Of a stretch of DNA of 64,000 nucleotides, positions 1-8,930 are shown one piece after another. This DNA comes from Myxococcota bacterium (GTDB lineage Bacteria; Myxococcota_A; UBA796; CAJQPC01), in NCBI GenBank assembly GCA_036229005.1, contig JAZAMN010000052.1, positions 384,001 to 448,000 on the forward strand, given 5' to 3'. How positions within the stretch are numbered: the stretch's first letter is position 1; each line of letters starts with the position of its first letter. The position numbers and the translations under genes are program-made. The notes beneath the pieces are model-generated. The model was given only the letters and a program-made list of their open reading frames with translations, did no database searches and was not told the DNA's origin.

Positions 1-1358
1 ATGCGCAGCTCATCCCCCAGGTCGCCCTCGCTCCGCACCTGAGGCCCGGGCCCCCGCAGGTAGCCCCGAGCGACCACCGCGCAGGGCATCTCCCGCGCGT
101 TGAACCACTGCGCGATCCACGCGCTCAGGGGGGTCTTGCCGCTGCCCCCCGCGCTCAGAGCGCCCACCGAGATGACCGGCAGCGCGGCCTGGGCCCCCTC
201 TCCCACCCGCGCCTGGGCAATGCCTGACCAGACCCGATCCAGAGGGCTCAGCCAGGGCCTCTGGGGACCGGGCGGTGGGGTGGCCCCCAGGTGCTCCAGA
301 ATCACCGCCACGGTGGGCTCCAGCCCCGACATGGCCAGGGGCTTCACGGTGCACGCGAGGGCCCGCTGGATGCCCTCGGCCAAGCCCTGCTCGGAGACCT
401 GGATGCAGCCCGGGTGCGCGAAGCTCTCGGGGTCGCTGTGGGTGTGTGGGCCGTGGACCACGGGGACGCCCGCGCGCAGGGCCTCCAGAGGGCTGTGGCC
501 CCCAATCTCGGGGTCGAAGCTGCCCCCGATGACCACCGCGTCGGCCTGGGGGATCAGCGCGCCCAGCTCACCCAGGGTGTCCCACAGCAGGAGCCGGCCC
601 AGCTCTCCCTTGGAGCGGCGGGCGAAGGGATCGGGCAGAGCGGCGGCCACGGCCTCGAAGCGCTCCGGGTGCCGGGGGGCGATCACCAGGGTCCCCTGGC
701 CCGACCAGGCCTGCAGCAGCCTGTCCTCGTCGCCGGGCCGGGTGCTGACCCCTACGAGCACCGGGGTGTCCAGAGGGAGGTCCAAGGGGGTGAGCGCAGC
801 GCCCTTCAGGCTCCCCACCCCTCCTCCCAGACCCGGGAGATCCTGGCGGGGGACCCAAGCGGAAACGGCGGCTTGGATCTCGGGCCACAGGGCGCTCTCG
901 CGCAGGCGGCGGAAGCCCGGGGTGTCTCTTGTCCCCACCACGACCACGGGGATGCCTCGGGCCTTGCAGGCGCTCAGGAGGTGGGGCCAGAGCTCTTGCT
1001 CGACGCTGACGAGCACCCGCGGGCGCACCTGATCCAGCCAGGGTCCGACCACGGCCGGGAGGTCCACCGGGAGGGGCAGGCTGGCGTGGGCGCCGCAGCG
1101 CTGGGAGAGGCCGGTGTCGGAGGTGGCTGTGCGCAGCAGGAACTGCCCAGGGAGGCGGCGGCGCAGGGGCTGGAACAGCGCGCGCGCGATCTCCCCCTCA
1201 CCCATCGAGGCCGCGTGGATCCAGACCGCACCCGGCGGGACCGGCGGCACTCGCCAGCCCCAGCGCAGGGTCCAGGTCGGCCGGGTGCGGGGGTGTACAG
1301 CCATCAGGCCCGCCACCCCTGGCGCCGCGATCCCGGTCAGCAGCCGGTACCAGCTCAC
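1..1358 (-). CDS. waaA-lpxK: Fused Kdo transferase (WaaA/KdtA) - tetraacyldisaccharide 4'-kinase (LpxK), truncated at the window edge
   Basis: Absent from the ORF track because the frame runs off the left edge. GTG at 1358 overlaps the upstream TGA (GTGA). Translation gives the WaaA motifs VWIHAASMGE and PRVLVSVEQELWPHLL, then continues in frame into the LpxK P-loop LPVISVGALSAGGSGKTP, VVARGY and LGDE. Confidence 0.85.
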   Translation of the reverse strand, partial: MSWYRLLTGIAAPGVAGLMAVHPRTRPTWTLRWGWRVPPVPPGAVWIHAASMGEGEIARALFQPLRRRLPGQFLLRTATSDTGLSQRCGAHASLPLPVDLPAVVGPWLDQVRPRVLVSVEQELWPHLLSACKARGIPVVVVGTRDTPGFRRLRESALWPEIQAAVSAWVPRQDLPGLGGGVGSLKGAALTPLDLPLDTPVLVGVSTRPGDEDRLLQAWSGQGTLVIAPRHPERFEAVAAALPDPFARRSKGELGRLLLWDTLGELGALIPQADAVVIGGSFDPEIGGHSPLEALRAGVPVVHGPHTHSDPESFAHPGCIQVSEQGLAEGIQRALACTVKPLAMSGLEPTVAVILEHLGATPPPGPQRPWLSPLDRVWSGIAQARVGEGAQAALPVISVGALSAGGSGKTPLSAWIAQWFNAREMPCAVVARGYLRGPGPQVRSEGDLGDELR

Positions 1359-1753
1359 CCCCGAGGCTCCGCTGAGGTCTCGGGGCCAGTCTGGACGGTC
1401 GTCTCGGCGATGGCCTCCTCCAGCTCCTGGACCGTGGGGCTCCAGCGGTAGGACTCCATGGGCACGCGCTCTCCTGAGAAGGTGATGCCCTCCGCCTCCA
1501 GGAGTTGCCGCTGCAGGGGGCCGCGTACGGGATCCCCCGCGAACGCGATGTGGCCGCTGCTGCGGATCACCCGTTGCCACGGCACGGGGTGCCCTTGTTT
1601 GTCCACGCCACCGGGGCCCAGGGCCGCCAGGGCATAGCCCACCTGCCGCGCTGCCCGCGCGCTCCCGCAGAGCGCCGCGACGTGCCCATAGCCGAGCACC
1701 CGCCCCGCAGGGATGGCGCGGACCACCTGATAGACACGCTGACGGAAGTTCAT
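1355..1753 (-). CDS. atl: Alkyltransferase-like protein (ATL, MGMT family, Trp in place of the catalytic Cys)
   Basis: VRAIPAGRVLGYGHVA, ARQVGYAL and PWQRVI (PWHRV-type, not PCHRV); QRQLLEAEG. Confidence 0.85.
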   Translation of the reverse strand: MNFRQRVYQVVRAIPAGRVLGYGHVAALCGSARAARQVGYALAALGPGGVDKQGHPVPWQRVIRSSGHIAFAGDPVRGPLQRQLLEAEGITFSGERVPMESYRWSPTVQELEEAIAETTVQTGPETSAEPRG

Positions 1754-3411
1754 GGGGAAGAGCCGGCTCCAGGGTCCACGATACGACCGTGGCTCAACTC
1801 CACCACCTGGTCGGCCTGCTCGATGAGGCCACCCCGGTGGGCGATGGCGAGGACCGTCCGGCCCTTCATCAGCGCCGCGAGGGCGCTCTGGACCATGGCC
1901 TCGGACTCCGGGTCGAGCGCGCTGGTGGCCTCGTCCAGCAGCAGGATGGGGGCGTCCGCGAGCAGGGCCCGGGCGATGCAGATGCGCTGGCGCTCTCCCC
2001 CGGACAGGCGCATCCCCTCCTCTTGCAGCGGCGTGTCGTAGCCCTGGGGCAGGGACTGGATGAAGTCGTGGGCCCAGGCCGCCTTGCAGGCCGCTTCGAG
2101 CTGCTCCTGGGTGGCGTCGGGGCGGGCGAGCAGCAGGTTGTCTCGCACGCTGGCGTGGAAGAGCACGGGGTCCTGGGTCACCACCGCGATGTGTCGCCGC
2201 AGCGAGCGCAGCGTCAGGTCCCGCAGGTCGTGGCCGTTGACCCGGATGCAGCCCGCAGTGGGGTCCGAGAAGCGCAGGACCAGGTTCAGCAGCGTGCTCT
2301 TGCCCGCGCCCGAGTGCCCGACGAGCACGGTCAGGGTGCCCGGCGCGAGCTCCAGGTCGATGTCCTCCAGCACGGGGCCGGCGCCGTAGTCGAAGGCGAC
2401 GCCCTCGAAGCGCAGCGTGCAGGACCGGGCGCGCAGCTCCGTGTCTCCGTCGGGCAGGCCGGAGTCCTCGTCGATGACCGCGAAGGCCCCTTCCGCGCCG
2501 GCCAAAGCACGGTGCGTGAGGCTCACCACCTCGCTCAGGCTCTTGAGGGGCAGGTTCATCAGCCCCAGCGCCAGCAGGAAGGCCACCAGCTCGCCGGGCT
2601 GCATGGCGTCCTGGAAGACCAGGCGCCCCCCGACGGCGATGACCACGGCCACCGCGATGGACGCCACCAGCTCCACCATGGGGCTGGGCAGGAGCTGGGC
2701 CAGGGTCGCCTTGATGGAGAGCTCAAGCTGCCTCTGGTTCTGCACCTCAAAGGCGGCGATGCGCTGCGGCTCGGCGCCCAGGGCCTGCACCACCCGCAGC
2801 CCGCTCAGGGTCTCCTGGGCGGCCGCGTTCAAGTCCCCCAGCTTGTCCAGCCGCGCGCGAGAGGCCCTGCGCAGGCGCCGTCCGAACACCCGGATGGGCA
2901 GCACGACCAGGGGCAGCACGACGAAGGCCGACAGAGCCAGCCGCCAGTCCATGTAGATCGCCGCGGCGGCCAGCCCGATGAGCGTGAGCGGGCGCTGCAC
3001 CACCGTCGCGTACGCGGAGACCAGGTACTGGGCCTGCCCCACGTCTTCGGTGAGCAGCGTCAGTCGGCGCCCCAGGGGGCGGGACTGGTGCCAGGAGGGC
3101 GGGAGCGCGAGCAGCGCGGCGAAGAGCTGCCTGCGGAGCTCGGTCACGACCTGGAAGGCGATGGTGCGCGTGATCATCGCCCGACTCACCGCCAACACGC
3201 CGTTCAGGGCGTAGAGGCCCACCACCGCCACCGGCAGCATCGCGAGGGCCGCCGCGTCCCGGGCGATCAGGACCTTGTCCAGCACCTGCTCGACCAGCAG
3301 GACCAGGGCGGGCGGGATGCCGGCCGCCACCACCATCATCGCGGTCGCCAGCACCAGCCGCCCCAGGTAGGGCCGGTGCAGGTCCAGTAGGCGCTTGAAG
3401 GTGGGGCTCAC
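1750..3411 (-). CDS. msbA: Lipid A flippase, ABC transporter (TMD + NBD)
   Basis: C-terminal part of the 1750..5622 ORF; GTG at 3411 overlaps the upstream stop. Multi-TM N-half, Walker A GHSGAGKST, LSGGERQRI, LLLDEATSALD; lies in the lpx operon. Confidence 0.85.
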   Translation of the reverse strand: MSPTFKRLLDLHRPYLGRLVLATAMMVVAAGIPPALVLLVEQVLDKVLIARDAAALAMLPVAVVGLYALNGVLAVSRAMITRTIAFQVVTELRRQLFAALLALPPSWHQSRPLGRRLTLLTEDVGQAQYLVSAYATVVQRPLTLIGLAAAAIYMDWRLALSAFVVLPLVVLPIRVFGRRLRRASRARLDKLGDLNAAAQETLSGLRVVQALGAEPQRIAAFEVQNQRQLELSIKATLAQLLPSPMVELVASIAVAVVIAVGGRLVFQDAMQPGELVAFLLALGLMNLPLKSLSEVVSLTHRALAGAEGAFAVIDEDSGLPDGDTELRARSCTLRFEGVAFDYGAGPVLEDIDLELAPGTLTVLVGHSGAGKSTLLNLVLRFSDPTAGCIRVNGHDLRDLTLRSLRRHIAVVTQDPVLFHASVRDNLLLARPDATQEQLEAACKAAWAHDFIQSLPQGYDTPLQEEGMRLSGGERQRICIARALLADAPILLLDEATSALDPESEAMVQSALAALMKGRTVLAIAHRGGLIEQADQVVELSHGRIVDPGAGSSP

Positions 3412-4736
3412 TCCCGGATCTTTAGCAGGACCACGTCCCAGGCGCGCACCGCCCGGTCTCCGTCGTGGAGCACCACCTGCCCGCTCTCCCCCTCCCGCTC
3501 GTACCAGGGGTCCGAGGCGAGCTGGCTGGAGCGCCGCGCCGGACGCACGAACAGGGCCTCTTCGGGCAGCTCGGGGTCCGGGTCCCAGAGGTCGAACTGG
3601 CTCTGCCGCCCCACCCCGGGGAGCGGGCGCGCGTCCACCCCGCCGTAGAAGCGGATCAGCGCGGCCTCCTGGTAGCGCGGGGTCCACACCCGCTGGACGC
3701 CCCAGGCCTCCACCGCCGGCCCGAGCTGCTGCCCCTCCGAGAAGCGCCAGCGGGGGTCTTCGTGCAGGCTCTGCAGGGGGAAGAAGAAGTGCAGCAGCGC
3801 CGCTCCGGAGATCAGCGCGCCCAGGACGCCGCCCACCTGGACTGCGCGGCCCAGGCGCCCCTCCAAGGTGGGGAGCACCAGCAGCAGCGCGGTCCACACC
3901 GGCAGGCCCCAGTTCAGCTCCGCGTGGCTGCGGAAGCTCGCCAGCCCGAACACCAGCGCCGGGATCAGGGCCGCCCACCAGCTCGCGCTGCGCCAGCGTG
4001 GCCTCGCCAGCACCACGAAGGCCGCGATGCCCGTGATGGGCCCCAGCCAGAGCAGTTGGCCCAGGTTGAAGCCCACCCCCTCGCCCACTCCTGCCCAGTC
4101 CCCTCCCAAGCCGTGCTCTGCCTGGAAGCGCAGCGAGATGGCCCCGTGCATCAGCGACCACACCGCCCAGGGTGCCGCGACCAACAGACTCAGCAGAGGC
4201 CCCATCCATCGGCGAGGACCGGCTGGGCCAGACCGCACCAGGGAGAGCCAGAACGCGATGGGCAAGGCCAGACCGGGCAGCTTGAACAGGATGGCGACCC
4301 CCGCAAGCACCCCGGCGAGCAGGGGCCGATCCCGCTCCCAGGCGACCAGGGCCAGCAGCGTACACCCCAACAGGCCAGCGTCGGGCGTGGCCAGGATGGG
4401 GACCAGCAGAACGCCCGGGGCCAGCAGGAGCAGCACCAGCGCGCTCCGATCCGCCCGCTCCCAGAGGTGCCCCACCAGCGCCCCCAGACCCAGGCTGTGC
4501 AGCAGCACTCCGCCCAGGCGCACAGCGAGCTCGGTGTCCCCGAACAGCGCCGTGCCCAGCGCGATGGCCCAGGCGACGCCCGGCGGGTGGTCGTAGTAGC
4601 CGGCGGCCAGGGCCTCGCTCCAGGTCCAATAGTAGGCCTCGTCGGCGACCAGCCCGGGCTGTGCGGCCAGCACCAGGCGCAGGGCCCCCAGGGTGAGCGC
4701 AGTGAGCGCGGCGGCGGGCCAGGAGAAGGGCTTCAC
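3408..4736 (-). CDS. ArnT/PMT_2-like (GT-C fold) polyprenyl-phosphate-sugar-dependent glycosyltransferase
   Basis: DEAYYWTWS..LAAGYYDHPP motif, ATPD motif, many TM segments; GTG at 4736 overlaps the lpxB stop. Confidence 0.8.
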   Translation of the reverse strand: MKPFSWPAAALTALTLGALRLVLAAQPGLVADEAYYWTWSEALAAGYYDHPPGVAWAIALGTALFGDTELAVRLGGVLLHSLGLGALVGHLWERADRSALVLLLLAPGVLLVPILATPDAGLLGCTLLALVAWERDRPLLAGVLAGVAILFKLPGLALPIAFWLSLVRSGPAGPRRWMGPLLSLLVAAPWAVWSLMHGAISLRFQAEHGLGGDWAGVGEGVGFNLGQLLWLGPITGIAAFVVLARPRWRSASWWAALIPALVFGLASFRSHAELNWGLPVWTALLLVLPTLEGRLGRAVQVGGVLGALISGAALLHFFFPLQSLHEDPRWRFSEGQQLGPAVEAWGVQRVWTPRYQEAALIRFYGGVDARPLPGVGRQSQFDLWDPDPELPEEALFVRPARRSSQLASDPWYEREGESGQVVLHDGDRAVRAWDVVLLKIRE

Positions 4737-5785
4737 GCCAGCTCCAGGATGGCCTGACCCAGGCGCTCGGCGGCGCCCTCCCCCTGGAGGACCTCCCGGA
4801 TGCGGGGGCCGATGTCCCGCTGCGCTCCGGCGCGCTGGGTGGCCAAGAGGTCCCCGACCAGGTCCTCGGCGGAGAAGCGCTGGATGCGCTCGGGGATGGG
4901 GTGCTCGGGGAGCAGCAGGTTGGGCAGGCCGATGTGCTGGATGTCGCGGACCAGGGCGCGCCCCAGGTGGTAGGTGCTGGGCTTGGTGCGGTAGCAGATG
5001 ACCTGGGGGCGACCGGCGCAGGCGACCTCCAGAGTGGCGGTGCCGCTGGCGACCAAGGCGCCCTGGGCGGGCTCCAGGGCCTCGGCGAGGCTGTCCACCA
5101 GCAGCACGCCCGCCTCCACCGCGGGCTGGAGCAGGCGGCGATCCAGGCCGGGGGCCACGGGGAGTCGGAGCTGGCTGCCGGGGGCCTGCGTGCGGAGGCG
5201 CTCGCCCGCTTGGACCAGCGTGGGGAGCAGGCGCTTGATCTCCGAGGCCCGGGACCCAGGGAGCAGCGCCCAGTCCTTGCCGGGGGGCCCCAGCAGGGGC
5301 TGTCGGACCGCGCCGGGGTGCCCCAGAAAGCGCGCGTCTCCGCCGTGGGCCTGGAAGTACGGCGGCTCGAACGGGAACAGGCACAGCAGCAGGTCGGCCA
5401 GCGCGGCGATGCCCTTGGCGCGGCCCTTGCGCCAGGCCCAGACCTGCGGGGTGCCCAGGAGCACCACTGGGATGCCCAGGGCCTTTGCGCGCCGGGCCAG
5501 CGGCAGGTTGAAGTCCGGGCTGTCGATGCCCAGGAAGAGGTCCACGCCCGACTCCAGGGCCCGGAGCATCGTGCGGCGCAGCCCCAGGATGCGGGGGAGG
5601 GCCGCGATGACCTCGCCGACACCCATCACGGAGAGATCCTCGGTGCGGGCCAGAGTCTGGGGGTGCAGCGCCCGCAGGTGGGGGCCCACGAGCCCCTTGA
5701 GCGCCACCTCGGAGCCCAGGGTCCTGAGCACCTCGGCGCCCAAAAGGTCCCCGCTGGCCTCCCCGGCCGAGACCAGGATCCTCAC
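4733..5785 (-). CDS. lpxB: Lipid-A-disaccharide synthase
   Basis: RILVSAGEASGDLLG, IDSPDFN, PQVWAWR, LLPGSRASEI, ASGTATLE, IGLPNLL; GTG at 5785. Confidence 0.95.
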   Translation of the reverse strand: MRILVSAGEASGDLLGAEVLRTLGSEVALKGLVGPHLRALHPQTLARTEDLSVMGVGEVIAALPRILGLRRTMLRALESGVDLFLGIDSPDFNLPLARRAKALGIPVVLLGTPQVWAWRKGRAKGIAALADLLLCLFPFEPPYFQAHGGDARFLGHPGAVRQPLLGPPGKDWALLPGSRASEIKRLLPTLVQAGERLRTQAPGSQLRLPVAPGLDRRLLQPAVEAGVLLVDSLAEALEPAQGALVASGTATLEVACAGRPQVICYRTKPSTYHLGRALVRDIQHIGLPNLLLPEHPIPERIQRFSAEDLVGDLLATQRAGAQRDIGPRIREVLQGEGAAERLGQAILELA

Positions 5786-6657
5786 GCCGAGGCCAGCTCG
5801 GACAGCCGCGCGGCCCACTCCAGCGCCCGCAGCGCCTGGGTCCCGGAGACGGGGAAGGCGCCCTGGCCCCGGAGCGCGCGCAGGAAGGCGGCGTGGATGG
5901 CCCCCAAGGCGTCGCCATCGGGGATGGGCAGGGACTCGGCGGCCTCGGGGGGCGCACCGATGGGCAGGCGCTCGACGCGCGGGTTGCGCAGATCCAGGCT
6001 GTAGTAGTGGGCGTCGTCGACCAGGCGTAGGCGCCGCTGAGGGGCCCGGCTGGCTCTGGACGCGGAGAGGCTGGCGGTGCACGGGCCACTCGGAGTCTCG
6101 AGCTCGACCCAGGCCTGGACGGCGTCGACGCCCGAGGTGTGCACCGGGATCCCCACCGCGCGCATCAGGCTGGGGGTGGCTTGGGGCTGCAGCGCGCCGA
6201 GCAGATCCAGGTCGTGCACCATCAAATCCATGCACACGTCGATGCGGGCGCTGCGTCCGGTGAAGGGCCCCAGGCGCTCGGCGTGGACGTAGCGGGGCCG
6301 GAGCCCGGCGGGGAGCGCGCGCACGGCGGGGTTGAAGCGCTCGATGTGGTTGACGCTCAGGTGCTCGAAGGCCGCCAGGGCTCGGGCTTGAGCGAGGTCG
6401 GGAGAGAGGGGCTTCTCCACCAGACAGGGCAGGCCCACCGTCAGCAGCGGCAGGGCCAGCTCCGCGTGGGTATGGGCTGGGGTCGCGACGACGAGGCCAT
6501 CGAGCGCCGGCAGCGCCTTCACCTCCGGCAGGTGCGCGGGGACGCCCGCAGGGTCCAGCACGGCCACCAGGTCGACGCCCGGGGTCTTCTGCAGGCGCTC
6601 GGCGTGCAGGCGGCCCATGCGGCCACAGCCCAGCACCCCCAGGCGCAGCGGGGTCAA
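5782..6657 (-). CDS. gnnA: Gfo/Idh/MocA oxidoreductase, probably a GnnA-like UDP-GlcNAc 3-dehydrogenase
   Basis: GVLGCGRMGRLH, CLVEKP, NHIERFNPA, DLMVHDLD; sits between lpxA and lpxB, the typical gnnA position. The specific symbol is an inference. Confidence 0.65.
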   Translation of the reverse strand: MTPLRLGVLGCGRMGRLHAERLQKTPGVDLVAVLDPAGVPAHLPEVKALPALDGLVVATPAHTHAELALPLLTVGLPCLVEKPLSPDLAQARALAAFEHLSVNHIERFNPAVRALPAGLRPRYVHAERLGPFTGRSARIDVCMDLMVHDLDLLGALQPQATPSLMRAVGIPVHTSGVDAVQAWVELETPSGPCTASLSASRASRAPQRRLRLVDDAHYYSLDLRNPRVERLPIGAPPEAAESLPIPDGDALGAIHAAFLRALRGQGAFPVSGTQALRALEWAARLSELASA

Positions 6658-7448
6658 CGCCCTTCCGGGTCCGCGCTGGCCCGACAGACGCCGCGCTGGG
6701 ACTCCTCGATGAAGCGGACGATCTCCAGGATCTCGCTGTGCTCGGGGTTCTCGGTCGCCAGGCGCTCGGCGGCCATGCGCAGCGGGGTGCTGCTGCGGAA
6801 GAGCTCGCGGTAGGCGGCGCGCAGCTCCTTGAGCAGGTCGGCCCCCATGCCCGCGCGGCGCAGGCCGATGACGTTCAGGCCAAACAGGCGCGCCCGGTCG
6901 CCCTGGGCCATGCAGAAGGGCGGGACATCCAGCGAGACCATCGCGCCGGCGCCGACCATGGCGTAGCGCCCGATGCGCGCGTGCTGGTGCACCCCGGCCA
7001 GGCCGCCAAGCACCGCGCCATCGCCCACCTGGACGTGCCCGCCCAGAGCCACGGAGTTGGCCAGCACGCAGTTGTCGCCGACCACGCAGTCGTGGCCCAC
7101 GTGGCTGTTGGCCATGAACAGGTTGCCGCTGCCGATGCGGGTGACGCCGCCGCCCTTGGCGGTGCCGCGGTTCAGGGTCACGTACTCGCGGATGATGTTG
7201 TCGCGGCCCAGGATGAGGCTGGACGCCTCGCCGTCGTACTTGAGGTCCTGGGGGTCGCCGCCGACCACGGCGTGCGGGTGGATGACCGTTCCGCCGCCCA
7301 CGCTGAGGGTCCCCTGGAGCACCGCGTGGGAGCCGACCCTGACGCCGTCCTCGAGGGTCACGCCCGCACCGATCACGGCGAAGGGGCCGACCTCCACATC
7401 GCCGAGCTCGGCAGCAGGGTCGACGACGGCGGTGGCGTGAATGGCCAT
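6654..7448 (-). CDS. lpxA: UDP-N-acetylglucosamine acyltransferase
   Basis: MAIHATAVVDP start at ATG 7448, hexapeptide repeats, GGDPQDLKY, IREYVTLNRGT, HVGHDC, GLNVIGLRR. Confidence 0.95.
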   Translation of the reverse strand: MAIHATAVVDPAAELGDVEVGPFAVIGAGVTLEDGVRVGSHAVLQGTLSVGGGTVIHPHAVVGGDPQDLKYDGEASSLILGRDNIIREYVTLNRGTAKGGGVTRIGSGNLFMANSHVGHDCVVGDNCVLANSVALGGHVQVGDGAVLGGLAGVHQHARIGRYAMVGAGAMVSLDVPPFCMAQGDRARLFGLNVIGLRRAGMGADLLKELRAAYRELFRSSTPLRMAAERLATENPEHSEILEIVRFIEESQRGVCRASADPEGR

Positions 7449-7506
7449 GGGGCGCTCCGGGGCTTGGGCTGGACCGGGGGTCGGGCGGATCGGGGGTTCG
7501 GAGAGA

Positions 7507-8481
7507 CTAGTGCGCAGGAGGCGGGGGGGCAAGCACAGGCACACGGCGGCCGGTGCTCAGGTCCACCAGCAGCGGGGGCCAGGCGGCCAACGCCACTTGT
7601 TGGGGGCCGATCTGCACGATGGGGCGGTGCGCGCTGATGGGGCGTTGCTGGCGGCGCCCCAGAGGCAGCTCGATCAGCTCGGGGCGCTCCTGGCCCGGCC
7701 TGCAGATGGCGAGCCCCTGCCAGGTCTCGGCCACAATGACCTCGCCGATGCGCAGGATGCAGGGTGCGTTGGGGATATTCCCCGAGAGGCTCCAGGAGGT
7801 GGAGGAGAGGTGATCGAGGGCCCTGTAGCTCCTCTTCTCAACCCCCAGGCTGCAGTCCGGCCCCACCCCCAGGAGCTGTGCGTGCCAGCGAGGAAGGGGC
7901 TCCATGTCCTCAAGCTCCAGGTCCCAGCTCTGGCCCTGGCGCTCCCGGATCACGACAATGCGCTCCCCAAAGAGCGCCCCGCCGCGGATTGGGGGGCCGT
8001 CGGCGCCCAGGGTGATGTTGGGCTCCTGGGGGTCGAGCCAGAACAGGGTGCGGGACTCGTGATCGATGCCCATCAGGCGGCCTTGATGCAGCCAGGTGTC
8101 CAGCTCGGGGCTGGGGTCCAGCTCGGGCAGCGCGTGGTGACCGCCCTCGCCCTCCAGCCAGAGGCGCTGCCAACCCAGGATGGCCAGCCGCTCCCCCAGC
8201 GAGACGGGCAGCCCGGCCTGACCGGACTCCCAGAGGACCTGACCGTCGCTGACGCTGCGGCAGACGCCGTGGCCATCCAGCAGGCGATCTCCCTGGACGG
8301 CGATGCGGGGGCCGGCCGCCTGAACATCCCACAGCAGGTCCCCGCTCTCGGTGGACCAAGCCGCGAGGCGACCGCTGGGCAGCAGCGCGAACACGCGACC
8401 GTCCTGGGCGAGCACCTGCACGGGCTGAGGGGGCGGCGGGTGCTCGTCCTTTCCGGAGAAGATCCTGGCCAGCAGGCCCAT
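7507..8481 (-). CDS. Hypothetical protein, weak PQQ-like beta-propeller character
   Basis: ATG at 8481 overlaps the fabZ TGA; begins MGLLARIFSGK; motifs such as LAAWSTESGDLLW and SVSDGQVLW resemble PQQ/BamB-type blades. Confidence 0.55.
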   Translation of the reverse strand: MGLLARIFSGKDEHPPPPQPVQVLAQDGRVFALLPSGRLAAWSTESGDLLWDVQAAGPRIAVQGDRLLDGHGVCRSVSDGQVLWESGQAGLPVSLGERLAILGWQRLWLEGEGGHHALPELDPSPELDTWLHQGRLMGIDHESRTLFWLDPQEPNITLGADGPPIRGGALFGERIVVIRERQGQSWDLELEDMEPLPRWHAQLLGVGPDCSLGVEKRSYRALDHLSSTSWSLSGNIPNAPCILRIGEVIVAETWQGLAICRPGQERPELIELPLGRRQQRPISAHRPIVQIGPQQVALAAWPPLLVDLSTGRRVPVLAPPPPAH

Positions 8482-8909
8482 CAGATGGCGCCGACGGTCG
8501 CGGTGAGGCGCCCCTCGGCCACCTTCTCCCCGTCCACGGTGGCGTGGCACTCAAAGCGCCAGATGTCCCGGCGCTTGGCCTCCACCGCGACGTGCAGCTC
8601 CAGCACATCACCGGGCCGCACGGGCTTGCGGAAGCGCACCTTGTCGAGGCCGACCAGGGCCACCCCCTCCTCGGCGCGCTCGGGGTGGGCGGACAGGGCG
8701 ACCACACCGGCGACCTGGGCGAAGGCCTCGGTGAGCAGCACCCCCGGCAGGATGGGGGTCTCGGGGAAATGCCCCTGAAAGAAGGGCTCGTTGACGCTCA
8801 CGCACTTGCGGGCGATGGCGCGCTCCCCGGGCTCGATCTCCAGGATGCGGTCGATGAGCAGGAAGGGGTAGCGGTGCGGCAGCAGGGCCAGGATCTCTTG
8901 GATGTCCAT
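8481..8909 (-). CDS. fabZ: 3-hydroxyacyl-ACP dehydratase
   Basis: LPHRYPFLLIDRI, NEPFFQGHFP, PGVLLTEAFAQ, FRKPVRPGD. Confidence 0.97.
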   Translation of the reverse strand: MDIQEILALLPHRYPFLLIDRILEIEPGERAIARKCVSVNEPFFQGHFPETPILPGVLLTEAFAQVAGVVALSAHPERAEEGVALVGLDKVRFRKPVRPGDVLELHVAVEAKRRDIWRFECHATVDGEKVAEGRLTATVGAI

Positions 8910-8930
8910 GACGGGGCTCCAGGGGCGGCC

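Noticed and set aside
10..1485. ORF-track ORFs 100..1032 (+), 291..1451 (+), 10..354 (-) and other small ones
   Set aside because: Shadow ORFs of the real minus-strand waaA-lpxK frame; Arg/Pro/Ala-rich with no motifs.
1750..6235. Apparent giant ORFs 1750..5622, 3408..6089 and 4733..6235 as fusions
   Set aside because: The N-terminal extensions are off-frame reads of upstream genes; the real starts are GTGs overlapping the previous stop codons.
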